A stretch of 64,000 nt of DNA from Octopus vulgaris (GCA_951406725.2 OX597820.1:102610001-102674000); one strand, 5' to 3'; shown: positions 26,116 through 41,453, numbered from the stretch's first letter. The notes: generated by a model from the sequence alone, not told the origin. A program made the numbers and translations.

Positions 26116-27980
26116 TATGTATATATGCTTGCGCACATACATGCTAACAAGTATTTTTTAGAATTTATATGTATCTGTGTGTGTGACTGTATGTGTGAAA
26201 TAGAGAGGGAGAGGGGGAGAAAGAGTAAGTGTGTACTTACTTATCACCTAGAAAATCTTTGTTGACAAAACGAATAGATTGATCTCGTTCCCTACTTAAT
26301 TTGCAGCAATGATTTTTGGTTTGTCATTCTATAAATGAACCACATTACAGAAAATGGATCATTGAAAAAATGCTCGGCCTCCACTGAGACTAATATATGT
26401 TTACACATTTCTCAGGTCGTACGCTCTCATATGATTGGTAATCATCACGTTATTACATGTGCTGCAATATCTTTAAACATTAATGTTGTCCATTTGTACG
26501 TGCATTACAAATAAATCTTATAGCTGAGTTGGGAAGTTTATGATATACTATTGGAAAGCTTCGCAGTTCGTATCTTAGCACTGTATTGTAAAATCTGTAT
26601 ATGTAAAACACCTACTTCATAAAAAGCTAAATTTACCTTACAATATGTAAGCAACATGTTGTAGATCCAGGTCATCGCTGTAAGATGAAATGACTTCATA
26701 TGTAACTAATTTTTCGGTAATGTTGCAGACCTTTTCAAAGCTTTCAATGATTTTTTACAGGCGGCAACGCTTAGCTACTACAAAGCACATATTCAAAAAG
26801 AATATATAACGCAGTGTTGGCGTTCGTTTGTTTATTCTTGTACAACAGTTCATCTTCAGGGAAAATTATTTGAATTTTTTATGACCAAGCTTAAATAGTT
26901 ACAGTTTGTTATTTATTTCCAACTTATTATATATCACGTTCTTATTTTATGTTCGTTGTGTTATATTTTGTTCCTCAGCTTTCTCGATGTGGATAAAATA
27001 TACATTACTTAAAAACATATGGATTCATTATAATATCTTGTTCCTTTTAAATATATTACATTTTATCAAACTTTGGCATTAGTTTTTTCGAATGTAACCC
27101 AGTAGCAGACACATCAAATAGCTGATAAAATTCTTTGCAACACCTATTTTCAGTATTCTACCGCCTCTTCATTCAACAACACGTCCCGTTACAGTTCTCT
27201 GGCTTTGTACTAATGTATTAAATCAAGCAATATTCATCAAGACTTTTATCATATATTTCGTGAATTACAAGTTTCCTCAAGATCGGTGCTCAACACTTCT
27301 TCACTTCTTGTATTAATCGGTGATAGAAAAGTCTACTCCAATGCAGCATGTTTCACCAGTGAATGATGTTCTCCTGAGTAAACAATTGATAATAGTATAT
27401 ACCGTTGTATCCCACAACAAATCTTTACATCGTCCACGATTTTGTTCTCACGAGAAGATTTTCCACAGACATGCTCTATTTAAGTATTCTATCGGACATT
27501 TCCATCTATACTAAAACCTAGAAGTACCAAGGAAATTATAATGACCTGCAGCCTATATCCATCAGTCTGTCAAATTTCATTCATCAAAATGTAAGTTCTC
27601 GGAATTCTATGGTGAAGAGCAGCTCAATGCTCGGTTGAGGACATTTTATTTCAATAAGCCATAAGTTTCTTTCTTTTCATTTTTGCATTTTGGAAAAGGT
27701 ATGTACAAAACATCTTATCATTACTCCCTCGGACAGGAGACATTTCATCAGTATTTAGCCAAAACAGACTAATAATTTATTTATCGCGCCGTAAGCTAAA
27801 TGGATAGAGATGCATCAATTTACCTAATTACATGTATCTTTTATTAGCTCATAAGTGGTTAATATAAAATCTATATCTTTTTCTAAAAATATTATTGCTA
27901 TAAATGAGTGGCATTGGCATCATATCTGTGTCGGACAGCAACGGTTACAAAATTCTCTAAAAACTGTAAATTCGCTTTTG

Positions 27981-28046
<66 letters not shown>

Positions 28047-28054
28047 CGCACACG

Positions 28055-28111
<57 letters not shown>

Positions 28112-28165
28112 TTGTATACATCTATGTGTATATGTATGTAAACACACATAAATATATTATATATA

Positions 28166-28208
<43 letters not shown>

Positions 28209-31007
28209 AGGGACACAGTGCATTACAGTAGGTCACAAAAACGAGGAATTGTAGTTATAGTTACGGTTAGGTCTTTACGAAATTACATGGAAGTGAACGA
28301 GAATCGAAATTGGATTTATGAATATCGCTCTCGACACCTTGTAAAATCTATACAAAACTCAATAATTAGACGTGTTTATTGCAAAGATTCGAATTAGATT
28401 TTGCAGATATTGAAAAAACAAAAACAAAAAAAAAATGATGATTAACAAATATAATTTGAGAAAGTAATGAATGATCATACAGAAAAAGGAAGTAATTAAA
28501 ATGAGTACACATACACACACACTCGCACGCATATTCATACACATATATACTCACACGTACGCTCACATATAAACCGTTTCATTGAAATGCATGCGCTGGA
28601 CACATGAAGAACACACAAGAAAAAAGATGCATATGTTTATGTGCATACACACACATAAATATAAATCTGTGTGTGCGTGTGTATGTGTATGTGTATTATG
28701 TCCGCGCGTATGTGTGTTTGTGTTTTCCCATGTTGACGTTAAGCTTCTCATCTGTAAAATATATTTATGATAGGATTAGAATTGTGAGATGAATATATTT
28801 GATGAATTCTCCGTAGTTTAGGAGAAGAAATTAATATTTGTTTGTGACAAGGAAGAAATATTGTAGATACAGACTGAAATAGTATAGTACTATAGTGGAA
28901 TAGTATAGTAGTATTTTGAAATATTATAGTACTAACGTGAATAAATACGTAAATGTTGTAAGTAGGTTATATTGAATGGCAGTGACATAGTGAAATCATA
29001 AATAACTTGAAATGGTAACACTGATAATAACGAAGGCAAAAAATGTTTCATATTATATAAACAAAGTTGAAACTATCAAACGATTAAAAGAGCAAAGGTA
29101 TAAAAACGAATAAAGAATTGAAGAACGGAAAATGAACAACGAATTACTGAACCAAAAATAAATGATAATTTCGATTCAAATATTTTTTTGTCCGATTTAC
29201 AGTCATTCGGTTTCGAATGAATCGAAACCGTTTCGTTCCGGTTAGGAGAGTGGTTGACTATTCACTGAAGTTGAAAAGACTTTTAAATATCGATTCCATA
29301 TGATACCTGTTTTTGATTTAGTGCAGTTATTTCAATATAAAATTAAAAATAAAAAGCATCATAAAGGAAAACAAAACTTTTAATTACATTAAAAAAAACT
29401 GTGAAATAAAGTATATAGAGAAAATAATTGTGAGAAATTGAATAAAGTTTAGTTATAGTTCAATAAAGTATTGTGAAATCAAAAATACCACTTAAGAATT
29501 CCAGCCAGTTATAATCCTTTCTCACACACAAGTGACCGCGTTAAAAATGGTAATGAATAAAATGAGTATTTTTAAAGAGAGAAATCTTGATTATATATAT
29601 TTTATTTTTTGGCCACCCCTCTTCTCCCTTCATACAAAAATAAAATAAAATAAAATGAAACAAAAATAATAACAAACGGAAGTACGAAACAAAAACCAAA
29701 AACTTACTTTTCCAGTTTATGTAGGTGATGCATGCGGTGAGTGGTAGTTGTACTTTCTCTATTACTTTTCTCATTTGATAAAGCTTCGCTCACTTGTCCA
29801 ATCAACTTGTCACTTTCCATTGGCTTGGCCATCATTGAAATATCCTTTTGGTGTAGTTTTGGTAGTAACTACAGATAATATATAGCCTCGGTGTAATAAC
29901 TTTTGTTTTCTAAACCTCAAAGCAACCCTACGTATGCGTCTTACCAGATGAATTTACACACAGGTAATAATAATTACTAGATACTCTTAAGTCTAGTACA
30001 GACACTTAGCAGAAGCCACTTGGCAAACTATCATAGCTTCTTTTGTATCTTTATATCAACAGTTACACGCAACTATTCTTGTATTACTTAGCAATACGAA
30101 ATAGAAATATTACTGTATAGTTATATCGATATTTCGTCGTGATTGTACGTGAGTGTGCGCGTGTGTATGTGTGTACGAGTGTGTTTGTGAGTGTATCTGG
30201 GTAATGATAGCGTTTGCGTTTCAATGAAACAACGCTTATGAGGTTTTCTATAAAAAAATCCTATAAAATGTGACCACGATGTACTTTTGTTTTAAGAAAA
30301 ATAATTATTTACTAACAAAGCCTACGGTAACTTGTACCAACGTTTGAATGATTTGTTTTTGTTCTTGCTTTTGTTTCTTTTCCTTTCCTTCCTTTTACCT
30401 CTCTCTCTCACACACACTTTTTCTTTATCTCTCTCTTTTTCTTTCTTTCTATATATATATTTCTTTCCAGAAATTTTAATCTACTTCTTCTGCTTATTAA
30501 CTTGAAACGAAGGTTTTCCTTAAGTGGTCTTTGCGTGGTCAATGCGTAAAATGATGTGGTGGGAGATATTAAAACGCAATGTAGTGTAGGTGCGATGCGA
30601 CGATTTCCTATCCGTGACACGCATATACATCAACTGTTGGGAAATCCCAGAAGCACGTTTAACTACAATGACGTAGTACAGAGGCTGACAATATGGGCGG
30701 TCGTCGGTGAGAGCAAAATATTATATTATGACCCGCCTTGTCTACTACTTAAAACATTGGAAATGCCGGACTATTGACATAGTTCCATTATTCTTATAAA
30801 CATCGCACAGACAATAGCAACAGCAATAACAATATACATCACAAACACATATTCACATACACGCACGCACTTACTTTCATACCTGTATGTGACTATCATG
30901 ACTTATGTACGGAAGTGTAAGCATTCAGGTATACATATTTACGCTTTCATATACAAGAGTACACATACACATTCATTTTCATTCACATGTGTGTGTTTGC
31001 GTATGTG

Positions 31008-31101
<94 letters not shown>

Positions 31102-31299
31102 TATAATATATATACGCGCGCGCGTGTGTATACATATAATGAATATGTTTATGCACGTATGCACATATCTATAGCGTGCACTTAGCTTCTTCACACTCAC
31201 CTAACTACAATCACACATGAACTCATATACGCCCACACACACCTGTGCACACAGTGTGTGTAAGTGTGCTTGTATCTGTTATCTGCTCCTTCAATAATT

Positions 31300-32290
31300 A
31301 ATTACTAAAACATATACATTTATGTATTATGCTTTCTTAACATCGCTATACTTATTGTTGCTGTATTCAGTAATGACACATAGGTAGTCGCTAGTGTGAA
31401 TAGGTACTGCTTATAGACCTTGTGCTCTGGATACACACTGCCTTCGCTTTGTTAAGGACTATACTTAACATTCAAGCAGTGATTTATTACATGAGGTGAC
31501 TGTTTAGTCTCTCTATTTACTTTTGTATGGGTATAGATTCTAGTAGTGACCTGCAACAAAGCCAGGTTAGGTGGGGGCAGTCTAACAAAACAGTTATTGT
31601 TTCTCTGCGCTTATTTTTGGTGGTGACCATCACAACGTAATGTTTCGGGTTAATGAAGGCATTGAGGCTGTTACTATCTTTGTGAGTATTTGTTTATTCA
31701 GGTTATGTCCTTAGTACTACCTAAGGGAGTATTTGTCATTAGTATGGTGTTGTACTAAAGTACTTGGATGTTGTATGTGCTCCTAAGTTTTTGCGGGTGA
31801 TATTGGTATTTTGTCACGAGTAACGTGGATTGAATTTGCTGCCCAAACAAACCGAGCCCTCACCTGTCCAGGTGTTGCTATTTTGAGGTGGTGCTATTTC
31901 TTTGTATAGATGGTCTGAGAATCAAGTCTGTGTAAATATTATAATGTTCCAAAGTGTGTTATATGTATTCTTTTAAGTCTGTTATGTAGCGAAAAGTTTT
32001 AAGCAGAGGCTGCACTGGCATAACTAAAGTGTAGCTAAAATAATATTCGTGTACTTATTAATTTTATATTAAAAAAACCTGGTGCCTTGATGGGCGCTAC
32101 TGATGCACGAATCTTATCTTTAATGTTTGTGATATGTTGCTGTGGTATGGTGGTAATACTTGAAAGGCTTTTTTGGAATTGGTAAGAGAAAGAGAGATTG
32201 TGGATTTGGTGGGATTTGTTTATTTTAATCTCTTTGTGTACAGCCAGATTTCTAGGTGATTGTTATCGGTCGAAGTAGTTGTATACTCTG
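31300..32290 (-). pseudogene. Highly decayed LINE ORF2 C-terminal remnant (I/Jockey-like)
   Basis: Minus strand NHLEIWLYTKRLKINK.. resembles the post-RT L..W...W.LKIN motif; many stops. Confidence 0.35.
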
Positions 32291-32371
32291 AGAATCAGAG
32301 GGAAGGGGTCATCAACATTTGATTATTCCTCCTCTGACACACACGCATTCATGTAGGTATGAATACATACG

Positions 32372-32428
<57 letters not shown>

Positions 32429-33879
32429 GTTTATATAGGTGTGTGTATATATGTGTATATAAGTGTATATACGTATGTATAAGTATATTAGTGTGTTCAT
32501 ATGTATGTGTGTGTGCGTACGTATGTACTCAGGTGTAGATCCATTTATAATGCGACAGAATGTACGCAGAGCATGCATTGATAGCGTAAGATTTTGCTAA
32601 TTTTATAATAACATTTTTTCAATTACAAAATTAATATTTCATGTTTATGCATGTCATCAACACTTGTTACCTATTTTCTTGTTTTTCCTTAATAAACACA
32701 CAATGGATAACAAACACGGAAAAAAGTAAACAAAAGGATGTGTGTGTGTGTGTTTTAAACTCTTATATGATAACAGTCTAAATCAGATATGAAACTAACA
32801 TTCCTTTGAAGTTACTTAAATTGTTATTCCATGAAATTAATTGAATAGTTATTACTCTCACTACAGGTAATTTTAAAATAAAAGAAAATAAATAAAAAAA
32901 AAAGAAAACGCAAACACGATTTTCAGTTTGAACAAAAGGGAAGTGTCATATGGTCAGGAATTTTATGCATTTGTATGTGCAAGTTTGTGTTCGAGTATAC
33001 TTTAGCTACTGTTTCAGTGTCACTGTCTCCAAAAATGAATTAACTGAGTGAAAAGAAAACAAATATTAATAATAGTAGTAATAATAATAATGATGATGAT
33101 GATGATGATGATGATGATAAGGTAATGTTTTAATTAATTACAAGAACAGTTCGTGTTGTAATCTTCTGTCAGTGTGTTCACGGTAAAGAACCTGCAAAAT
33201 TCGGACTACTACTAGACGGGAGAGCTGTGAAATAGTAGCTCCTCGTTGTAGAGAAGATACGTTTGTTGACGCCAGAAAAATCAATACAAGAACGCTGATG
33301 ATAACAAGCGCTCAACGAAGTAATATGTAAATATTATTTGGATACTGTGACAAAAAAATATACGCTACCAACACGTGATATCACTGTAATAAAAGAGACA
33401 TTTATTCCTGAACAGAGTATATACTAATGGAAAAAAATATTATAACTTTGCACAGAATGAATAGTTTATGTAAAAGCAAAACGTTTTAAAATTTCCATTT
33501 ATTCTGTTCTTTTATTTAAGAGAGTCGAACATGGCAAGAATACATATAAAATTATGAAATATCACACGACTGCATTCTACCGAACTATGGAGCTACTATG
33601 GAGTTACTTCATCAGGAATTTATCAGAACATAAAGTCAATAAAAAAAAATTGATTATATTGCTCATGGTCAATATTCACGGATAAACTATACTTGTGATA
33701 TCAATATCGATTATTTTGACTAACCATAGCCCCAATTTTAGCAATATGAGATTACTCTCCATTATATTTTATTCACTTCTACATAAGACATCTACCTTGT
33801 TTTTTATCAATCAAAAATCGAGAGAAATGAATACCTGTAATGTATTGCAGTTAGATTAAACCAGGAAACAGTTCTTCTA

Positions 33880-34800
33880 TGAAAAACAACAAGCGTTGTA
33901 TCTGTTGTATATAAATCGATATTGGAAAAATTCAGTGTGTCGAGTACCGGTGGTAGAGGAATATTTTAATAATAATAATCTAATAACGAGAGAGGCAATG
34001 CTCGTGATACTTGCAGTAGTTTCCTTCCTCTCACAGTGGTACGTTTGATGTTGCCGATGCACAGCGTGATAAGTTGCAGGTCAATGTCTGCAAGAGAAAC
34101 GAGAAATAGGACTGGATTTCTGATTCGAGCGATGTGAACACAGTGAAATCTCTTAAATGAACTGTAGAAAACCAGGCGGTGGTGTATGATCGGTCTGCCA
34201 CCAATCGCGTGATATAATATGATGGGCTTCCACAAAGTTTCACTCCACCCAGTTTCTCTGACCAATGTTTGGAATCATTCGAAGCAATGGTAGATATTGC
34301 GCCATAACGACCCAGAATGATATGATTGTGAAGTGCATCAACTACGTGGAACAAGAACTTATCAAAACCAGGTTCCCCCATTAGTTTAGTCTCATAATAT
34401 GAAGTATGTCATGAATGGCTCTAATGGGGATGGTATCTGTTTGCGCTTTCCCACCCAAACCACTGAAGATAAGAACCAACCTATTTGATAAAACTTTCGC
34501 TAAAATCTTAAAGTCTACCTTTAACAGGGTTATGAGCTGGACATTATAATATTCTTTTTGTTGGCGTTCTTCCTCAGCTGCATTAACATACCTCGGCTCC
34601 CAGAGCTGAGAATTGCCCCACGTTACAGCCAGTTACGATAAATGTTTCCAAGGCGCAAGCAAGTCTTGCTTATAACCTTAAAACTCGAAGGGAAGAACTT
34701 CTAATCAGGTGATTACTTTCTTGCATAGGCGCTCCCTACCACCCGTATCTCAGGTGCTGTAACCGCCTTAACTGTTTCACTGAGAGTCACTGTAGGCTTT
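33880..34800 (-). pseudogene. Decayed Tx1/L1-clade LINE reverse transcriptase
   Basis: 34533->34392 reads ITLLKVDFKILAKVLSNRLVLIFSGLGGKAQTDTIPIRAIHDILHIMR (cf. RPITLLNxDYKILAKVLANRL...Q..F.PGR.I.DN); upstream SPD/LPFEF resembles SPG.DGLP.EFY. Confidence 0.8.
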
Positions 34801-35261
34801 CGAAAGAAGCACTGAAGTTCTTATTCGTTTCCGACTTGTCTCGTTGGAGACCTGTTTCCGTTCATAAGAGATGTGTTTTACGTCAGCGCAGAGTGTTTTG
34901 TCTTCATATGAGTTGTATCCCACTTCGAGATTTCGATTGTTTTGTTAGCGAAAAAGTCGTCCGAACGCTTTTGGTTTTCGTGTCGCTGCCATTTTCGTAA
35001 ATATGTGTGGTGATACTGTTGCTAGGGGGTGTTTCTAGATCATATCATTCGCTTTTTGTTTCTATTGTTTTGAGTGATTCTCATTGTCTCACTCAGTTGT
35101 GAGTGAGCGAAGGAATTTCTGGATGTCTTGGCTAGCTCTTGGCAATGAAAGCGGGAATGGCTATTTTTAGGACTCCAAATTTCTGCTTGGTGAGTCTTAG
35201 GCCAAATAACTTATACGAGTTGTACTTTCTTACATTTCTCTTTGGGCTTTCTATACTGCAA

Positions 35262-35420
35262 ATTGTTAAATGGCTTTTAACACTTAGGTGGGCGACTAGT
35301 CGCTAACATCGACACCAGTGTTTCACTAGTACTTAATTTATCTACCCCAAAGGATGAAAGGCAAAGTCGGCCTCAACGGAATTTGAACTCAGAACATACA
35401 ACGGGTGAAGTACTGCTAAT
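35262..35420 (-). mobile_element. SINE family D fragment
   Basis: GGATGAAAGGCAAAGTCGGCCTCAACGGAATTTGAACTCAGAAC. Confidence 0.75.
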
Positions 35421-35899
35421 AATAATTGCCCTAAAGAAGTACCAGGCAGTGGCTCTCATGGCTTCTCATCTTAACTGATTGGAAGTGTTATCATGTACAT
35501 TGTTTTGTCTTGGTATAAAAGATGGGCTACAGCAAATATTCTGCTCAATACCACAGATTTGCTTGTCAGTTGTTTGACCATAACCAATTGAACATGTCCT
35601 TTAGTGGCTGCTGATATGTGCATCTCTGGTCACAAGCAGAAGTAGTGGGGGAGCATCATAGCTATGTTTTGAGAGGAATCCTTTGGGGTTTGAATAAGTC
35701 ACATTTGGAAATATGTGTGTTTCGTTCAACATCTTTAAACAAACCTTATTCAGGGACCTTTTGAGCGAGATGGGCTACTCGGCCTGAAGAAAATTCTAAC
35801 TGGGCCCCGCCTGCAAAGTCATGCGCTGTTTATCTTTATATGAGTACACCATGTCGCGCACATATGGTTTTGATGCAAGTGCCTCGTGTAAAGAGGATA

Positions 35900-35955
<56 letters not shown>

Positions 35956-36039
35956 CGGCCACAAGGCGCAGAATATAATACGAAAAAATATCCAGAAGGT
36001 TTTTAGTAACATGTGGTGATTGCCACTTCTTTACAGCAG

Positions 36040-37110
36040 AAAGCAATCTCTTCAATTTATAAATACTCTCATGAGATCTCATATAAGTAGGAAGTCTGAG
36101 TTTGCACAGACAAACTCTACGGCAGCTATTACAAACAGTTTCAGGCAGAAAAGTGCATGGAGTTAAATTTAAGTCCTGTTTACGAAGTACGCATTTCAAG
36201 ATGAATTGTTCGGTTCTCTGTGTTTCAAATTCTTTACAACCATTGTAGATTACCTCTTTCAAAACGGATCGATTTCCCGTCATCTACTTCCAGTCATTAA
36301 TATACACACTAAAATCCTTAATGTTGCTTTGCTGGCATCCCAAAAGTGTATCTTAGGTTTATGCTCCAGACATTTAGTACGTTACAATCATCCGTAACAA
36401 CTGCTTAAGTAACCTGCATTTTAGTAAGTTGCCCAGTGTAACACATCTGACTGTGTGTGAGAAGCATTTCAATTCTGGATGTTTCGCTTACTGAAAAACA
36501 AGTCTCTAGTGTCAGACATGGTATTTGATATTTAAGATCGTCCTAAGACAAGTTTGATGAAACATTTCCAAAGCCTTGATGTGACGACGCTATATAGCCC
36601 AAGTCTCAGAAGTGTACAAAAAGACAGTTAAGACGCATAATTCATAGATGCTTATTTCGGTTTTGATAATAACCTTGTCAGGCCACGATCGATTTTCTAA
36701 CCTTCCAACTGATTTGCTGTTTTTTTTTTCGATCCTCGTTTTATTTCAGAATCAAGAGATCTATCTCTAGAGAGTGCTGCCACGATTGACGAAAAAGTCA
36801 ATTACACCTATCTTGTACTCTGGACGAAGATGCTAGGTTCAACATAGGTCTGGCTTGGAGGCAGAGAGAGAATGACGTTTGTCTTCTTCAGACTCATGAT
36901 AAATTCAAAAGCAACGCATGCTCTAGAAAATGAGGTTCAATATAGCTTAAATGTCTTCTGTGGTTTAAGCAGGAACTACATCGTAAACCTAAAAGAGCTC
37001 ACGAATAAGGGTCTGGATGGCCTTCGATTTTGCGTTGAAACAAGTTACATCAACGGCCTTACCTCTGGTTCTGAAGCGAATATAGACGCCAACATTGCAG
37101 CCCTGGGAAG
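36040..37110 (-). pseudogene. Decayed RTE-clade LINE, 3' part of ORF2
   Basis: GSTLSRDRSLDSEI, IYELCVLTVFLYTSETW, HIKALEMFHQTCLRTILNI, and the C-terminal CxxCxRxC...H finger in ORF 35819-36283. Confidence 0.85.
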
Positions 37111-38220
37111 ACAGTTATACAAGACAGTTATACAAAATATACAGTTATACAAGACAGTTATAGCAAAATATATGGTACCTAGTTTTGGAGCAGGAATAAC
37201 GATGGACATTGGTTCCAAGAGTATTTACATGTACAACAAACGGGTGTGAATAGGTATTGCTATGTAGAAATAAAGATATTCAGAATATGAAAACAATTGC
37301 AATAATACCTGGTTTACAGAGAATTGAAAAATATGGGAAACAAAAATCCATAGTTTAAATTCCAAGAATTGCACACAAACATAACTAACAATAACTAGCA
37401 CTGGTGTGGACTGCCTGCTCATATATTGTGTCAAGACATTCCATTGCAAAAGAACATTCAAAACGAAAATGAAAACATTAAATGACACTACGCAGCACAC
37501 TACAAAATGGTGTTTTATATATGCAAGTTGAAGTGTTACGCAAATATATGGGCATAGATATAGAGAGAATATGAGAGAAATGAGGCCAAAGATTCGAATT
37601 ATATAACCGAGAAAATATTAAAGTATGTCGCTATAATTTAAGGGGTATAGGGGAGGATGACGATCATTTGCAGAATATTTTGACGATAGCTATCACAAAT
37701 ATATTCATATAGGCACAAAGACAAATGTAAAGAAGGATTGAGAAAGAGAAAGTGAAAGAGAGAGGGAGACACAGAGAGGAAGAATACAGAAAGACAAAAA
37801 TTCATAAAATAGTGTAAGAGTGTCAAATATCCATTTAATGTCAACGACGGGAGACTATATTTGTGATGAAAGTAAACTGTAGATAGAGAAAAAATAAAAC
37901 TGAAATCATTCTTAATGGGATTCAACGATAGAGGCTTTAGTTAAGGAAGAAGAAAAAAATGGAAATATAGCAATAACGTTATCACATTCTATGGAGATCA
38001 AATAAAATGAAAAACGTCTAAGGTCCTTCAAAGAGATGTCGTTTCAAAGATTATTTTCCGTTGTATTATCCCATTATTTTTATCTTTACAATAACTCCAT
38101 AATAGATTCATTCTTAAAGTGTTCCATCCTCAACACTTTGTGGGTATAAATGAGTAGGTGTCTGAATTTATTCCTGCATGTGTCCAAGTATGCATGTATG
38201 TATGTATGTATGTATGTATG

Positions 38221-38301
<81 letters not shown>

Positions 38302-39149
38302 ATATGCATAAATGCAGACATAAATATATACACATATGAGTGTATGTGTGCGTGTGTATGTATATATACATACATACATATACGAAGATATATATAAATG
38401 TATACATCTATTATATATAATATATAAGCATATACATATTTGTGTATTTCTTTGTCTGCATGTATATGTGTATGCGTAGGTATGTGTAAACCATATTGTG
38501 AACATTTTTTAGCTTGACCGGTTTCCAATAGTAACGTGCGAGTTATTAGGTGTATTCCAGAAGATAATGATGGAAAGTTTAAACGAAAATGAATAACAAT
38601 TGTTTTTAGTTGCTTTGAGCTTTTAGCTATAACATGGTTTTATTATTCATTTGCTTTCTCGACGACATCATTTTTGTTGATGTTGTTATTATTGTATTTT
38701 TTTTAATTATATGGCCATGTTTATCGGTTTGTGCAGATATTCAAAATATGTCTGATCATAAATGTTTGTAGGAAACCTGGAAACTGTACACTTTCATAGT
38801 GATACCATATTTATTACATTGTACAAGATGGAAGAAATAAGAAATTATGCGCACTGAAATAAAAAAGAAATATATGGGTCTGGAGCTTTTTGAAAGCAAA
38901 GATTTAGGTTAAAAAGTGTTGGTCGATATGATTCTCAAAGCAACAATAGATTAAGTATCACAATGTACAAGAGGATCGTGCGAATATGAAAACGTAAAAC
39001 TTGCATCATCCGAAAGTTTGAGTAAAAAACATAGAGATTAAACACGGATGGCTTAGAACCACAAATATATTTCTGAGTGTGTGCCACTTTTATTCTCTCA
39101 GACTATACATGCATACATGAATACATACATACATGCATACATACATACG

Positions 39150-39515
<366 letters not shown>

Positions 39516-39630
39516 CTCCGGATGAATGGTAACAGTAATCCATGTATGTATGTATGTATGTATGTATGTATGTATGTATGTATGTATGTATGTATGTATG
39601 TATGTATGTATGTATGTATGTATGCATATA

Positions 39631-40004
39631 CAAGCAAAATGCCCCACGTCCAATGGACGGTGCTGAGTTGTCAAACATTTACACCAAATTTTCTCAAAAC
39701 AACTTGTCCGACCGTCCCATAGGCCTTCCCTCTGAGAAACACTGATTTAACCTAAATTTGAGACACCAGCAAAAGAAGAAATACAGATAGACTTTTTTTT
39801 ATTCCAAGAAAAACAAGTTAACAAATGCACGTTCCCACGGCTTTATCGATCGCATTCTCACCTGGAAATGATTTTTGTAATTTTTTCAAGACTTATACAC
39901 GCTCTGATACCGTTGATATCTACAAATCAAATTTGAGCGCAATCGGATGGAGGATGCCCGAGATCCTAGAAAACACACAAATACAGATAGAACGGATTTT
40001 ATAT

Positions 40005-40010
<6 letters not shown>
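39631..40010 (-). mobile_element. Non-autonomous Helitron-like element
   Basis: Minus-strand start TATAATATAAAATCCGTTCTATCTG..., CCGATTGCGCTCAAATTTG motif, 3' hairpin CACCGTCCA-T-TGGACGTG then CTTG(T) terminus. Confidence 0.55.
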
Positions 40011-40079
<69 letters not shown>

Positions 40080-40119
40080 TAAAAAATGGAGTTAACGCAG
40101 GTTTAAACAAGTAATTTTT

Positions 40120-40205
40120 ACTTTCTACATATGTTTCAAAAATTCCACTGATATTTATTCAAAAGAATAAAAGGTATAAACAATGCAATCTTCTCTTCGG
40201 GAAAG
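40120..40205 (-). ncRNA. Degenerate hammerhead-like motif in a pLTR-like fragment between (TA)n tracts
   Basis: Minus strand CCGAAGA-GAAGATT...AATTTTT-GAAAC-AT-ATGTA. Confidence 0.35.
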
Positions 40206-40239
40206 TGAAAAAGCAAAAATCTCACAAGTAAAGATGTTG

Positions 40240-40440
<201 letters not shown>

Positions 40441-40877
40441 TATATGTACTCTTTTTATTCTTTTACTTTTTTCAGTCATTTCACTGCGGCCATTTTTTAT
40501 TAAAGGTCTTAATAAAAGTATTAAAGCGCTACTAATAGTGTCATATGTTGAGAAAACACAAATATATTCTTCATGTGCAAACCACATATCATAACGTACT
40601 AAAGGCATTGAATAACAGAAAGTCCATACATAGCTAACCAACTTAGCTTTATTTTTGCCCCTATGTCGGAAGGAGGCTATGTGACTGGCATAGCGATTTT
40701 AGATTCTCATTCACATAATCCAATACATGTCTTCATATCAGTTGTCTGATATATATATATGCATATATATATTAATATTAATAGTATGACAACAAAAGAA
40801 TGAAAGAGACCGATATTATGTAAACAGAGGAATTTATCTGTAATATATGTGCGAATAATTGTCACATATTATATTAC

Positions 40878-40910
<33 letters not shown>

Positions 40911-40913
<3 letters not shown>

Positions 40914-41307
40914 GCAGTATCGCCCGGCGTTGCTCGGGTTTGTAAGGGAAATAACTATATAAGCATTTTTAGAGAGTTATAGCCAAAAAATAGCAAAAAA
41001 AAATGCATTAAAAATGGAAAAGAAATGATGGTAATTTTTTTTTTTAAATCGTTGACTCATCGTAGACATTTTTAGAGAGTTACTTCCCTTATATAATAGC
41101 GAAAATTGCAATAAAATGGAAAAGAATTATGGTAAATTATTTTTAAAATCGTAGACTCATCGTAGACGCGCGATAATACCCAGAAGGGCTCGATATGAAT
41201 CACGACTATAAGATATCCGGTTTTGGTTAAACTGCACCGCAAAATGTGGGAGTAGTTAGGAATCTAAATCGTAGGAGACAGACACACAACTTCACTTTTA
41301 TATATAA

Positions 41308-41310
<3 letters not shown>
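40911..41310 (-). mobile_element. Non-autonomous Helitron
   Basis: 5' TC terminus (TCTTTATATATAAAAG), 3' hairpin CCCG-AGCAACGC-CGGG then CTAG terminus, inserted between A and T within (TA)n, no TSD. Confidence 0.85.
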
Positions 41311-41368
<58 letters not shown>

Positions 41369-41388
41369 CAAAAACTAAAATTTTGGAC

Positions 41389-41453
41389 ATAGAGTTACCG
41401 AAGATTTCGTATTCACAAAACTAAAGCCTTGTGGACAGCTCGTCAGACCCTAT
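41389..41453 (-). ncRNA. Type I hammerhead ribozyme, apparently intact, in a Penelope pLTR
   Basis: AUAGGGU-CUGACGA-G(C)UGUCCACAAGGC-UUUA-GUUUUGUGAAUA-C-GAAA-UC-UUC-G-GUA^ACUCUAU: 7-bp stem I, long stem II, 3-bp stem III, canonical core. Confidence 0.8.

Noticed and set aside
34031-34381. ORF MGEPGFDKFLF... first read as a host exon or P-loop helicase
   Set aside because: It lies inside the decayed Tx1/L1 RT and has no true Walker A motif.
35435-35890. Repeat-like segment between SINE D and (GAT)n
   Set aside because: Probably an interspersed repeat, but there is no second copy in the window and no diagnostic motif to classify it.
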